Shown: positions 45,678 through 56,036, counted from the first letter of the stretch. The stretch: 64,000 nucleotides of DNA from Candidatus Tayloriibacteriota bacterium (GCA_028286725.1 JAQBQZ010000013.1:15216-79215), one strand, 5' to 3'. A program made the numbers and translations. Notes: generated by a model from the sequence alone, not told the origin.

Positions 45678-48600
45678 ATGCACAATCATCATCTAAGGAA
45701 TATATTAATTATTTTTATTATTTTCTTCTGTGTAAATACTGCATCTGCGCATGTCACTATTCCTGATGGTTCGACGACTTCTTGCGGGAGTCTTGATTCG
45801 ACGAATTTAACAACACATACAACAAATCAAATCGAGTCTCGTATAAGTCAGACCTCTTCAACAACAGGTCTATCTATGTATTCAAACAGGGATTTTAGTC
45901 TTGCGAGTACGACTGCACCATGGACTCCCAACCCAAACTCATGGACAAAGAAAGGTGCAAGTGCGCTCGATTTTACTGGAGTTGCCGGGTACAACTTATA
46001 TTCAAGCGGTACAGGTATTGCGCCGAATAGAATCGCAACTCTCATTTCACCTCGACACTTTCTTGCTGCGGCACACTACACACCAAATCCAGGCGAAGTA
46101 TTGGGATTTATCGATGCGAGTGGTAATAGAATAGAGAGGACTGTAACAGGCATTCAAAATATTTATGGTACTGATATTGAAATAGGGGTACTCGATTCCG
46201 ATCTTCCTGACAGTATTACTTACTATCCGCTTATTGCGTCATCAACTCTTCGAAGTTTGGTGCAGCAATATACTCCTCAAAATTTGGCTGTTCCTGTCGT
46301 GTACTTTGATCAAGAAGCAAAAGCTTTGATACACAGTATTTTTTCGATGGGAGATGCAATTACTTATAGTACATATACAAGCGGAGACTTTGCTCCATAT
46401 AGCGAAACTATTATTTCTGGAGATTCGGGTAATCCTGAATTTATTCTCATTGATAATCATCCCGTACTTCTTTCTGCTACTTATGGTGGTGGAGGGGGAT
46501 ATGCACCAAGTGCGGGAGCATATATGAGTCAGATTAATACCGCGATGACAAATCTTGGTGGAGGATACCAGGTAACACAGTATAATCCAGCCTGCTTCAT
46601 TCAGTATCCGTTCAATCGCCAGCCTGTATTTACGAGTTCACCTTCGTCTAACATAATTACATACGAACATACTGATCCTTCTTCGGCGCTGTTTACATAC
46701 CTTGCAACCGATGCTGACAGTGATCAAACTCTCACATATGCGCTTGTAAGTCTCACTACATCTACAACAACGCTCAATGCTTCAGATTATTTCAGTATAA
46801 ATCCTGCAACTGGTGTTTTACATCAGACTCATGATATGAGTATCGGTGCTTTAGGTACAAATTTGACTCTTGTGGTCTCTGCGACTGACAGCGGTACGTA
46901 TCCTTCGCAAGCAACAATATCAAATACGGTGAGTCTAAGAAGTGTGCCGCAGGCTGGACCAAAAATTATTCTCGATCCTTCTTTTACTCTAGCTACTATT
47001 TCAGGAAATACGACGTCACTTTTTGTAGACTCGAATGATAAAGTGCTTATTGGCGGTAGTTATACTTCAGTAAATGGTGTGAATCAAAACGACATTGCTC
47101 GTCTCAATTCTTCTGGGTTGCTTGATATGAATTTTGCAACCAATATAGGATCTGGTGTTTTGAACTATAGTGATCAAAATATAAATGTAAATAGGATCTT
47201 TACAGATTCACAGGGCAAGATTGTATTTATACCGGGTGACTATATTAAATTCAGCGGAGTTAATGGCTGTAATATTGGCAGGTTAAATTCAGATGGTACT
47301 TTAGATACAAATTTTGTTTGTAGTAATAGTAATGGAGGATATGGTTTTACAATCAATGGAAATAGTGGTGCAAATGTATATGCGGCAACAAAAGCAGGAG
47401 ATAAATTGCTTGTAACTGGTAATTTCAATAATTATAACGGCACTACTGTGGGTGGAGTAGCACTTCTCAATCAGGATGGAAGTCTTGATACCAATTTTAA
47501 TAGTAATTTTGGTATTGGTATAAATGGTATTTCATTGGGTGGTGCCGGCAAAGCAATTGCTTTTGATGGCGATCATAGTTTTTATGTTGGAGGAACTATG
47601 TCTGATTATGTAAATGGAAGTGGAGCCACAACAACACTACATCGTATTGCAAAATTTGATATCAATGGAACTTTTGATTCGAGCTTCGCTGTGAACAATG
47701 GTACAGGTTTTGCGTTTTCGAATATAACAGATATGAAAGTGCGTCATGATGGTAAAATTGTTGTTATTGGATTTTTCACTAGTTTTAATGGGGTTCCTGT
47801 AACTAGAATTGTATTACTGAATCCCGATGGAACCCTTGATACAAGTTTTGCTACGAATTCTGGAGCAGGATTTTCTCAGACGCCATATTCGGTATATGTT
47901 CAAGATGATGACAAGATGATCATTGGAGGAGCTTTTAGTTCATATAACAATATTGGGACAAATGGACTTGTGCGTCTTAATAAGGACGGAACACTCGATA
48001 CTGATTTTCAAAATGCATTTGGCAATGGTATTACAGGAACTGTGCTACAAGTTTCAAAAAGAAGCGACGGTGCTCTCGTGACGCTTGGTGGCTTTGATTA
48101 CAATAGTACACTTTTAAATTACAATGTGGGTGAGTTTGTAACGCAAACCCCAGCGACTCCGGTCTTTACGGCGGCTACTACGGTAGGAAGTACTAATGCG
48201 GTAATTTCTGGTACAGGTTCATCAACTGCAGTCGTGTCGGTCTTTGATAATGGAACTCTGGTCGCAACAACGACTGTTGATGGAAGTGGTTTTTGGCAAA
48301 AGACAGTGTCGCTTTATTCAGGAACACATACTTTGACAGCGATACAAACACTCTCACTTCTTACGACGGTTGCTTCATCGGTATCAAATAGTGTCATTGC
48401 GACCATTAATCTCTCTGGATCTTCTGGCGGAGGAGGTGGCGGCGGGGGAGGTGGAGGAGGATCATCGGCGCCCGTAACGACACCGGTCACAAATCCGACA
48501 AATCCAGTCACACCGAATGTTCCAAATATTTTGCCAACTATTCTACCTAATACTACTTTGCCGAAATTAGATGTGCTTGTAAATAAATCTCTTCCACCGA

Positions 48601-48932
48601 TCGAGCAAAAAAATATTGAAGCACTTCTATCAAAACTCACTATTGATATTAATCCGGCAAAACAACTCGTAGTGAATTCTGTTCCACTTGTTCTCAGTCG
48701 AAGTCTTGGATCGAAAGGTGAAGACGTGAGACAGATCCAAAAACTTTTAAATAGTCTAGGGTATACGATCTCAAATGTTGGAGCAGGTTCAATAGGTAAT
48801 GAGTCAACGACATTCGGTCCAAAGACAAAAATAGCTTTGGCCAGTTTCCAGAAGGCAAATAATATTTCACCTGCCGCGGGGTTCTTTGGCCCTTTGACCA
48901 AAGCAAGGATTGCAGCTATTTTAGGAAAGTGA
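45678..48932 (+). CDS. giant secreted surface protein (1084 aa): N-terminal domain, cadherin-like repeat, delta-60/beta-propeller-type DGTLDTNF repeats, poly-Gly and Pro/Thr linkers, C-terminal peptidoglycan-binding domain
   Basis: Signal peptide; at least five xDGTLDTxF repeats; SGGGGGGGGGGGGSS; PG_binding_1-like GSKGEDVRQIQKLLNSLGY. Confidence 0.7.
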   Translation: MHNHHLRNILIIFIIFFCVNTASAHVTIPDGSTTSCGSLDSTNLTTHTTNQIESRISQTSSTTGLSMYSNRDFSLASTTAPWTPNPNSWTKKGASALDFTGVAGYNLYSSGTGIAPNRIATLISPRHFLAAAHYTPNPGEVLGFIDASGNRIERTVTGIQNIYGTDIEIGVLDSDLPDSITYYPLIASSTLRSLVQQYTPQNLAVPVVYFDQEAKALIHSIFSMGDAITYSTYTSGDFAPYSETIISGDSGNPEFILIDNHPVLLSATYGGGGGYAPSAGAYMSQINTAMTNLGGGYQVTQYNPACFIQYPFNRQPVFTSSPSSNIITYEHTDPSSALFTYLATDADSDQTLTYALVSLTTSTTTLNASDYFSINPATGVLHQTHDMSIGALGTNLTLVVSATDSGTYPSQATISNTVSLRSVPQAGPKIILDPSFTLATISGNTTSLFVDSNDKVLIGGSYTSVNGVNQNDIARLNSSGLLDMNFATNIGSGVLNYSDQNINVNRIFTDSQGKIVFIPGDYIKFSGVNGCNIGRLNSDGTLDTNFVCSNSNGGYGFTINGNSGANVYAATKAGDKLLVTGNFNNYNGTTVGGVALLNQDGSLDTNFNSNFGIGINGISLGGAGKAIAFDGDHSFYVGGTMSDYVNGSGATTTLHRIAKFDINGTFDSSFAVNNGTGFAFSNITDMKVRHDGKIVVIGFFTSFNGVPVTRIVLLNPDGTLDTSFATNSGAGFSQTPYSVYVQDDDKMIIGGAFSSYNNIGTNGLVRLNKDGTLDTDFQNAFGNGITGTVLQVSKRSDGALVTLGGFDYNSTLLNYNVGEFVTQTPATPVFTAATTVGSTNAVISGTGSSTAVVSVFDNGTLVATTTVDGSGFWQKTVSLYSGTHTLTAIQTLSLLTTVASSVSNSVIATINLSGSSGGGGGGGGGGGGSSAPVTTPVTNPTNPVTPNVPNILPTILPNTTLPKLDVLVNKSLPPIEQKNIEALLSKLTIDINPAKQLVVNSVPLVLSRSLGSKGEDVRQIQKLLNSLGYTISNVGAGSIGNESTTFGPKTKIALASFQKANNISPAAGFFGPLTKARIAAILGK

Positions 48933-48947
48933 TGTGTATAATAAAGT

Positions 48948-48992
48948 AAAGCACCGCGAAGCCTTAGGCTTCGCGGTGCTTTACTTTTGTTT
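48948..48992 (+). terminator. terminator
   Basis: gcaccgcgaagccttaggcttcgcggtgc followed by tttacttttgttt. Confidence 0.7.
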
Positions 48993-49085
48993 AAAACCTT
49001 GTAATCTAACCCCCAGAACAAGCTCGCCAATGAGCTCAATCCACCTTAACAAACCCAATTGGCTCGGGTTTCAGTCTACATCTCT

Positions 49086-49481
49086 ATGATCCGTTCCTTC
49101 CGTCCCTTGCTAGATTTTGCCGTTGCTCATGTTGATGCCCCGCAGTTTTTCGCTGATTGGCTCGTCAGACATTTTAGCGCAATTATTACCACGCCTTGGA
49201 ATGGTAGGTATGTCACCGTCCATATTCCCGGTGTTCAAACTTACAAATTGAAGAGTGTGCCTATTATTGGCCGTCCTCCTGAAGAGTATGTCGCTATTCG
49301 AACCGACGTTCCGATCAGTCAGAGGCTGCTTCAAGAGCTTGAAGCAGCCCATGCTGTGGTCATCGGGGGTGAGGATCATTGGCGGCTACTTGATGTGAAA
49401 ACCGAACTTGGTAATTCTATCGGTTGCATCCATATTGCATATCGTGCGAATGGTCAACCGCTCGGGACTCCGGTTCTTTGA
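49086..49481 (+). CDS. GC-rich orphan ORF (131-140 aa), likely horizontally acquired
   Basis: About 50% GC with codon-like periodicity; start uncertain (TTG at 49059 or ATG at 49086); family not recognised. Confidence 0.35.
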   Translation: MIRSFRPLLDFAVAHVDAPQFFADWLVRHFSAIITTPWNGRYVTVHIPGVQTYKLKSVPIIGRPPEEYVAIRTDVPISQRLLQELEAAHAVVIGGEDHWRLLDVKTELGNSIGCIHIAYRANGQPLGTPVL

Positions 49482-49555
49482 ACTGTTCATTTTCTACCCA
49501 CACCGCCCTTGCTCATTCGCAAGGAGGTTTTTTATTTTTATGTTAAAATGCCTTT

Positions 49556-50824
49556 ATGCATACAAAAACAACACTTAAAAACGGACTTCGAGTTATTACG
49601 GTTCCACTTAAAAACACAGAGACAGTGACTGCGATGGTGCTTGTGTCTGCGGGTTCTGATTATGAAACAAAAGAGATCAACGGACTCTCACATTTCTTGG
49701 AGCATATGTGCTTTCAAGGTACAGCGAAGCGTCCAAATACTGGAGATGTTTCTCGAGAGCTTGATGAGCTCGGTGCACAATCGAACGCATTTACATCAAA
49801 AGAATACACAGGCTACTGGGCAAAAGCACACAGCAAGAATCTTCCAAAACTTATTGATATTATTTCTGACATTTATCAGAATCCAATCTTCACCGAAGAT
49901 GCGATTCAAAGAGAAAAGGGTGTTGTGATCGAAGAGATGAAAATGTATGAGGATTTGCCGCAAGCAAAAGTGGGAGAAGTATTTGAAGAACTCCTTTATG
50001 GTACAGATCAGCCAGCAGGATGGCCTATCATTGGACGAGAACAAATCGTTCGAAATCTCACGCAAAAGGATTTGATTGACTATCGTTCAAAGCATTATGT
50101 TGCGAAGGGGACAGTGGTAGTGGTTGCAGGAAAAATAAATGAAGCAAAGACAGTTCGAATGGTTACTGACGCGTTCAAAGATATTTCAAAAGCAAAGAAA
50201 GACAAAAAACAAAAGACTGTAGAGATGCAAAAAACTCCACAGATAAAAATCCATTACAAAGAAACAGATCAGGCACATATCATTATTGGGTTCCGAGCAT
50301 TTCCTTTGGGACACAAAGATCTTCATAAAGTGGGAATGCTTGAGAGTGTGCTCGGACATGGGATGAGTTCACGACTCTTTAGAAAAATGCGAGATGAGCT
50401 TGGACTTTGTTACTATGTGCGAGCAGGACACGATGCGTCACTTGATCGAGGATATTTTGCAATTGCATCAGGAGTATCAAAGGATCGAGTCAAAGAAGCG
50501 ATCGTTGCGATTCTTGCAGAGTGTAGAAAAATGAAGGAAGAGCTCGTAGGGGACACAGAACTCAAAAAGGCAAAAGAGCTTCGAACGAGCGGGCTTTATC
50601 TCGGTCTTGAAACATCAGATCAATATGCAGACTTCTATGCGTTTCCAGAACTCTTGGACCAAAAGACTCGAACTCCAGAACAAAAAGCAAAGATCATCGA
50701 GAGTGTAAAATCAAAAGACATAATGCAGGTGGCAAAAGAGATTTTCAAAAACGAAGGAATGAATCTCTCGATCGTTGGACCTTACAAAGATACTGCAGAA
50801 TTTGAAGAGATATTTAAAATATAA
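49556..50824 (+). CDS. M16-family (pitrilysin-like) zinc peptidase
   Basis: HFLEHMCFQGT, an inverted HxxEH zinc motif. Confidence 0.8.
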   Translation: MHTKTTLKNGLRVITVPLKNTETVTAMVLVSAGSDYETKEINGLSHFLEHMCFQGTAKRPNTGDVSRELDELGAQSNAFTSKEYTGYWAKAHSKNLPKLIDIISDIYQNPIFTEDAIQREKGVVIEEMKMYEDLPQAKVGEVFEELLYGTDQPAGWPIIGREQIVRNLTQKDLIDYRSKHYVAKGTVVVVAGKINEAKTVRMVTDAFKDISKAKKDKKQKTVEMQKTPQIKIHYKETDQAHIIIGFRAFPLGHKDLHKVGMLESVLGHGMSSRLFRKMRDELGLCYYVRAGHDASLDRGYFAIASGVSKDRVKEAIVAILAECRKMKEELVGDTELKKAKELRTSGLYLGLETSDQYADFYAFPELLDQKTRTPEQKAKIIESVKSKDIMQVAKEIFKNEGMNLSIVGPYKDTAEFEEIFKI

Positions 50825-50832
50825 ATAACACT

Positions 50833-51222
50833 ATGGATGAAGCTGAAAAAAACAGATTAATTGAGCAGGCGGTTATCATTCCAGATGTGAAGAAAAAGAA
50901 AGTGGGAATACTTGGATATCACTTTACTCTTTTTTTGCTTTACACATTTCCTGCACTTGTGTTGTTTATTGTAGTTGACAGGATTAATGGTGTGTACGGA
51001 TGGAACCACAGCTTTAATTTTGCGGTTAGAAATTATTTTTCTATTGTACCACTTGTTTATTTGGGTCACCTTCTCTTAATTTTTGGACTTATGATTGCTT
51101 CCTTTTTAAAAAGGGAAAACCGAAAAGGTGTTGATTATTTATTTACTTTTTTGCTTCTGGCTATCTTTTATATCCCTGTTATGTTTATTGGCCTTCTCAG
51201 CGCTTGTTCGTCTGGTTGTTAA
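50833..51222 (+). CDS. small membrane protein
   Basis: Three TM helices. Confidence 0.4.
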   Translation: MDEAEKNRLIEQAVIIPDVKKKKVGILGYHFTLFLLYTFPALVLFIVVDRINGVYGWNHSFNFAVRNYFSIVPLVYLGHLLLIFGLMIASFLKRENRKGVDYLFTFLLLAIFYIPVMFIGLLSACSSGC

Positions 51223-51236
51223 ATATAAATATTAAA

Positions 51237-51656
51237 ATGAAATCAGAATTACCACCTTGTTGTTATAGAGTTAGTGTCAAAGCCTTGATTCTCGATGAGA
51301 CGAGAACAAAATTTTTGGTAACTCAAGGTGAGGGTGTGGGATGGGAATTGCCTGGAGGAGGATTGGAGCGAGGAGAGAAGCCGATTGATTGTTTGCTTCG
51401 AGAAATAAAAGAAGAGACAGCATTTAATGTGCTCTCTATTGATCCAAGACCTTCTTATTTTATAACTGCGCCTGCTAGAACTAAGGATTTTTATATTGTT
51501 AATGTATTTTATGAGGTAAAAATTGCCGATCTGAATTTCACTCCATCTGATGAATGTGTGGCGGTGAAGTTTATTTCATCAGAAGATGTCACCAACATGG
51601 ATGTTATGCCGACGGTCATTGAGTTTGTAAAAGTTTTTGACCCAAAGAATCATTAG
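51237..51656 (+). CDS. NUDIX hydrolase
   Basis: Nudix box GGGLERGEKPIDCLLREIKEETA. Confidence 0.75.
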   Translation: MKSELPPCCYRVSVKALILDETRTKFLVTQGEGVGWELPGGGLERGEKPIDCLLREIKEETAFNVLSIDPRPSYFITAPARTKDFYIVNVFYEVKIADLNFTPSDECVAVKFISSEDVTNMDVMPTVIEFVKVFDPKNH

Positions 51657-51751
51657 AGCGGTTTATGGTTTGTAGTCATTAGTTTATAGCGAAATACACT
51701 ATAAACTATCAACTCTATACTACCGCCTGCATTTCGTGGTATTCTTATCTT

Positions 51752-52816
51752 ATGGGATTTGAGAACAAAACTATCGAAATATCAGCGGGAACAATCGTAA
51801 AAACAGGCATACTTTTGATCGTTTTTTGGATGGTCTACCTTCTTCGCGATTCTGTGCTTGCTGTTGTCGCAGCTATCGTCATCGCATCTGCGATCGATCC
51901 GGGAGTTAGATGGTTTGAGAAGCGAAAGGTTCCTCGAGTGGTGGGAGTTATCGCGATTTATCTCGCAGGATTTGCACTCGTTGGATTTATTCTTTTCTTC
52001 ATTATACCGACATTCCTTTCTGAAACATCAAACTTGGTTTCTAATATTCCTACCTACATTGATCAGATCAACAACGTGATTCCGCTTTTGGATCAGAGTA
52101 TTCTTGAAGGTTATTCACCGATTATAAAACAAGTTGCTGATACCATTTCACACGCAAGCTATGTTCAAAACTTGAGTGCTGGAGGGGTGACTGCGGCGAG
52201 TGTGCCGATTGACTCCGCAAGAGTGTTTCAAGGTATAATCAGTTTTATATTGATTGTTGTTTTGTCATTCTATTTTTCTGTAACAAAAGACGGTATTACT
52301 CATTTTCTTCGAATCGTCACTCCAATCAAAAGCGAGGACTATGTTATTAGCCTTTGGACTCGAACAAAGAACAAGATCGGTGCGTGGATGCAAGGCCAGA
52401 TATTTCTTGGTGCGCTCGTGGGTTCAATTATCTTCATGCTTCTTTCTGTACTTCATGTGAAGCATGCGCTTCCTTTAGGATTTCTTGCTGGTGTGCTTGA
52501 GATCATTCCAGTATTCGGACCGACTTTAGCTGCTGTTCCTGCAGTGATGTTTGCACTTCTTGATGGGGGAGCTGGACTTGGGTTCGCTGTGCTTTTGGTC
52601 TATGTCATCGTTCAACAATTTGAAAACCATATCTTCTACCCGCTCGTGGTTCGGAAGATGGTGGGCATTCCTCCAATCCTTGTGATCATCTCCCTTGTGG
52701 TTGGATATGAGCTTGCAGGATTCCTCGGGATACTTCTTTCAGTGCCTCTCTCGGTACTCTTGGTTGAAGTTGTTGAAGATCTCGATAAGAAAAAGACTCT
52801 CGAAAAATCACGATAA
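51752..52816 (+). CDS. AI-2E (PerM/UPF0118) family transporter
   Basis: 8 TM helices; conserved GxxLLVxxPLxxxL tail. Confidence 0.65.
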   Translation: MGFENKTIEISAGTIVKTGILLIVFWMVYLLRDSVLAVVAAIVIASAIDPGVRWFEKRKVPRVVGVIAIYLAGFALVGFILFFIIPTFLSETSNLVSNIPTYIDQINNVIPLLDQSILEGYSPIIKQVADTISHASYVQNLSAGGVTAASVPIDSARVFQGIISFILIVVLSFYFSVTKDGITHFLRIVTPIKSEDYVISLWTRTKNKIGAWMQGQIFLGALVGSIIFMLLSVLHVKHALPLGFLAGVLEIIPVFGPTLAAVPAVMFALLDGGAGLGFAVLLVYVIVQQFENHIFYPLVVRKMVGIPPILVIISLVVGYELAGFLGILLSVPLSVLLVEVVEDLDKKKTLEKSR

Positions 52817-52819
52817 CCT

Positions 52820-54256
52820 ATGTCTAAGAATTTTTACATTACAACAACTCTGCCGTATGTTAATAATGATCCTCATATCGGATTTGCGATGGAGATCGTG
52901 CGTGCAGATGCGATCACTCGAGCAAAAAAACTTCAAGGATTTGAAGTGTTCTTTAATACTGGTACTGATGAGCACGGTCAGAAACTTTTAACTGATGCAA
53001 CAAACGCGGGGAAGGATGTCAAAGCGTACGTAGATGAATATGCGGCAAAGTTCAAAGGCCTCAAAGAACTTTTGAATATTGTAGATGATGTACATTTCAT
53101 TCGAACAACTGATGAGCATCATGTGAAAGCTGCCCAAAAGTTTTGGGAGATCTGCAATGCAAACGGATATATCTATAAGAAAAACTATCAGAGCAAATAC
53201 TGTGTGGGTTGTGAGCTCGAAAAAACTGACAGTGAGCTTGTGGATGGAAAGTGTCCGATCCATCCCAACAAAGAGATCGAGCTTCGTGATGAAGAGAATT
53301 ACTTTTTCAAATTCTCTGCATTTGGAGACAAGCTCTTGAAACTCTATGAAGAAAATCCATCGCTTGTTATTCCAGATTTCAGATTTAATGAAATAAAGAG
53401 TTTTGTAAAAAATGGCTTGGAAGATTTTAGTATTTCTCGTCTTAAGAGCAAAATGTCTTGGGGTGTGCCTGTGCCAGGGGATGATGATCATATTATGTAT
53501 GTGTGGTTTGATGCGCTCGTGAACTACATCTCGACTTTGGGATGGCCGGAAGATACTGCAAATTTTGAAAAGTTTTGGGCAGAAGGTGCACCTGTACAGT
53601 ATTGCGGAAAAGATAATCTCCGTCAGCAATCTGCGATGTGGCAGGCGATGCTTATTGCAGCAGGACTTCCACCAACAAAGAATATTATTATCAATGGATT
53701 TATAACAGGTGATGGAGGGATCAAAATGTCAAAGTCTCTCGGTAATGCGGTGAACCCGTATGATCTTGTGGCTGAATACGGCACTGATGCACTTCGGTAT
53801 TTCGTACTTCGGGAGCTGTCGCCATTTGAAGACAGTCCATTTACACCTGAGAGATTCAAAGAAACGTATAACGCTAACCTTGCTAATGGTATTGGCAATC
53901 TCACAAGTAGAATTATGAAGATGGCACAAGACAATTTAAGTGAATCTGTGGAGCTTTCAGAATGGGAAGATATGACTGAATACTATAAGTTTTTTGAAAC
54001 ATTTGAAATAAACAAAGCAATGGATTATATCTGGGCAAAGATTGCAGAACTCGATACAATAATTCAACAATCAGAACCATTCAAACTCGTAAAAACAGAC
54101 AAAGAAAAAGGGGTAGAAGTAATCAAGAGTTTAGTTGTAAAACTCTATAGCATAAGACGAATGCTTACGCCTGTAATGCCTGAAACTTCAGCAAAAATAA
54201 AGGAATGCATTAAGGCAAACAAATCCCCAGAAGCTCCAATATTCCTTCGTAAATAA
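52820..54256 (+). CDS. metG: methionyl-tRNA synthetase (short form)
   Basis: LPYVNNDPHIGFAMEI (HIGH reads HIGF), FNTGTDEHGQK, KMSKSLGN. Confidence 0.85.
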   Translation: MSKNFYITTTLPYVNNDPHIGFAMEIVRADAITRAKKLQGFEVFFNTGTDEHGQKLLTDATNAGKDVKAYVDEYAAKFKGLKELLNIVDDVHFIRTTDEHHVKAAQKFWEICNANGYIYKKNYQSKYCVGCELEKTDSELVDGKCPIHPNKEIELRDEENYFFKFSAFGDKLLKLYEENPSLVIPDFRFNEIKSFVKNGLEDFSISRLKSKMSWGVPVPGDDDHIMYVWFDALVNYISTLGWPEDTANFEKFWAEGAPVQYCGKDNLRQQSAMWQAMLIAAGLPPTKNIIINGFITGDGGIKMSKSLGNAVNPYDLVAEYGTDALRYFVLRELSPFEDSPFTPERFKETYNANLANGIGNLTSRIMKMAQDNLSESVELSEWEDMTEYYKFFETFEINKAMDYIWAKIAELDTIIQQSEPFKLVKTDKEKGVEVIKSLVVKLYSIRRMLTPVMPETSAKIKECIKANKSPEAPIFLRK

Positions 54257-54263
54257 TTTATCC

Positions 54264-54731
54264 ATGAATCAAATCGATAACATAAATCAAAATCTAAAGT
54301 TGCACTCGCGAGTATTTACAATGTTTGTGCGTACACAAGATGTGAACTTCTGGATCCTTTTTGCATTCATTCCGACATTCATTGGTGCGCGGCTTTTGGT
54401 GTATCATTTCCCAAATCTTTTTTTGCTTGTGCGAGGCGTCCATGTACACCATCTGACATACGGCATATTCCTTCTTGCGATTGCGGGAATTCTTGCAATT
54501 AATTTCACTATGCAAAGACATAAGGTAGTTGCAGCGCTCATCTATGGAATTGGACTCGCACTTTCGTTTGATGAATTTGGCATGTGGCTTCATCTTCAGG
54601 ATAACTATTGGATCCGACAGTCGTACGATGCGATTATTATGATCTCTGCGATTCTTTTTGGTCTTGTGTACCTTCCTTCGATTGTGAAAAGTATTGCTGG
54701 TCTTTATAAACATATACTAGAGAAAAAATAA
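54264..54731 (+). CDS. hypothetical membrane protein
   Basis: Four TM helices. Confidence 0.4.
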   Translation: MNQIDNINQNLKLHSRVFTMFVRTQDVNFWILFAFIPTFIGARLLVYHFPNLFLLVRGVHVHHLTYGIFLLAIAGILAINFTMQRHKVVAALIYGIGLALSFDEFGMWLHLQDNYWIRQSYDAIIMISAILFGLVYLPSIVKSIAGLYKHILEKK

Positions 54732-54732
54732 G

Positions 54733-55575
54733 ATGAGTGATTTTAAATATATAGACAACCATTCTCATCTAAATCTAAATGCATTCAAGGATGATTATAA
54801 AAAGGTGATACAGAGGGCAACGGATGCTGGCGTCAAAATCATTAATGTAGGTACTCAACGAGATACCTCAAAGCGAGCAGTAGAGATTGGAGATGAGTGC
54901 GGCTGCTTTGCGATAGTTGGTCTTCATCCTGTGCATACGAGCAAGTCCTACCATGATATTCAGGAGTTAGGTGAAGGTGGCGAGGAATTCACATCTCGCG
55001 GAGAAGTGTTTGATTATGAATATTACAAATCACTTGCTGTGAATCCAAAGGTGGTAGGGATAGGTGAGTGCGGTCTTGATTATTTTCGGACAGAAGTGAA
55101 TACAAAAGAGATCCAAATGAAGGCTTTTGAAGAGCAGATCAAGCTTGCGATTGAAGTAGATAAGCCTTTAATGCTTCATATACGTGATAATGGAAAAGTA
55201 GAAGCATATCAGGATGTAATAGATATACTCAAAAAATATAAAGCGTCACATCCGAATCTTCGGGGAGATGTACATTTCTTTGCGGGCAACATAGATATCG
55301 TTAATCAATTTCTTGAACTTGGATTTACTTTTTCTTTCACAGGTGCAATCACATATGGCAAAAATTATGATGAAGTTATAAGACATATTCCACTTGATAG
55401 GATTCTCTCAGAGACAGATTGTCCGTTTGTGGCCCCCGTACCATATAGAGGAAAGCGCAATGAGCCTGCCTATGTAGTAGAAGTGGTTAAAAAGATTGCT
55501 GAAATAAAAGGGTTGCCTGTGGATGAGGTTGCTCCACAACTTCTAGAAAACTCAAAAAAACTCTTCAAGATATAA
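54733..55575 (+). CDS. tatD: TatD-family metal-dependent hydrolase/DNase
   Basis: IDNHSHLN, GECGLDY, HxRD, FTGA motifs. Confidence 0.8.
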   Translation: MSDFKYIDNHSHLNLNAFKDDYKKVIQRATDAGVKIINVGTQRDTSKRAVEIGDECGCFAIVGLHPVHTSKSYHDIQELGEGGEEFTSRGEVFDYEYYKSLAVNPKVVGIGECGLDYFRTEVNTKEIQMKAFEEQIKLAIEVDKPLMLHIRDNGKVEAYQDVIDILKKYKASHPNLRGDVHFFAGNIDIVNQFLELGFTFSFTGAITYGKNYDEVIRHIPLDRILSETDCPFVAPVPYRGKRNEPAYVVEVVKKIAEIKGLPVDEVAPQLLENSKKLFKI

Positions 55576-55726
55576 AATTCAAAGGTATTGATTTTCCATG
55601 TTTCCGTAGTATAGTTCAGATATCTCAAGTTCTTTGAAGTGATTCATTTATAGAGGGACAATTTTCTGCTCAATCTTTGAGTGAAGAATTGTCTCTCTAT
55701 AAAACCAAAGGGGGAAACTCTAGCAT

Positions 55727-55982
55727 TATGAACCGCAAAAACGTCCGTATCTTTTTGAAAAAAAATCTCATCTACACTCTCTGGTTGGCATTGGGGATTA
55801 GCATAGGCTTCGCCGTTGTCTTTTTTGAGGGTCCTCTTCAGGTTGTCTATGGAATCTGTCTGACTCATCAGTACACTGAGTACCTCTGGGCTTTTGTCGT
55901 GCATCTGGGGGTAAGCATTTATATGATTGGTCTTTGCACTTTTGGTGCCCACGAGGTCGCTCGTGGCAGAGCGGTCTTTTAA
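55727..55982 (+). CDS. small membrane protein (85 aa)
   Basis: SD aaagggggaaa 8 nt upstream of the ATG at 55727; two TM helices. Confidence 0.4.
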
Positions 55983-55999
55983 AGCTCGACCTAAATCAT

Positions 56000-56036
56000 T
56001 GTCGTCACCCTGCAATTGGGGTGGCGACTTTTTATA
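56000..56036 (+). terminator. terminator
   Basis: gtcgtcaccctgcaattggggtggcgac followed by ttttt. Confidence 0.65.

Noticed and set aside
48421-48470. GC-rich simple repeat ggcggaggaggtggcggcgggggaggtggaggagga, considered as a possible CRISPR or microsatellite
   Set aside because: It is in-frame coding for a Gly13 linker inside the giant surface protein. No spacer/repeat periodicity is present anywhere in the window.
48314-49039. 241-aa minus-strand ORF containing a poly-Pro run
   Set aside because: It is antisense to the 3-prime end of the giant surface-protein gene. The poly-Pro run is just the complement of the poly-Gly codons. The plus-strand gene has the domain architecture and the terminator.
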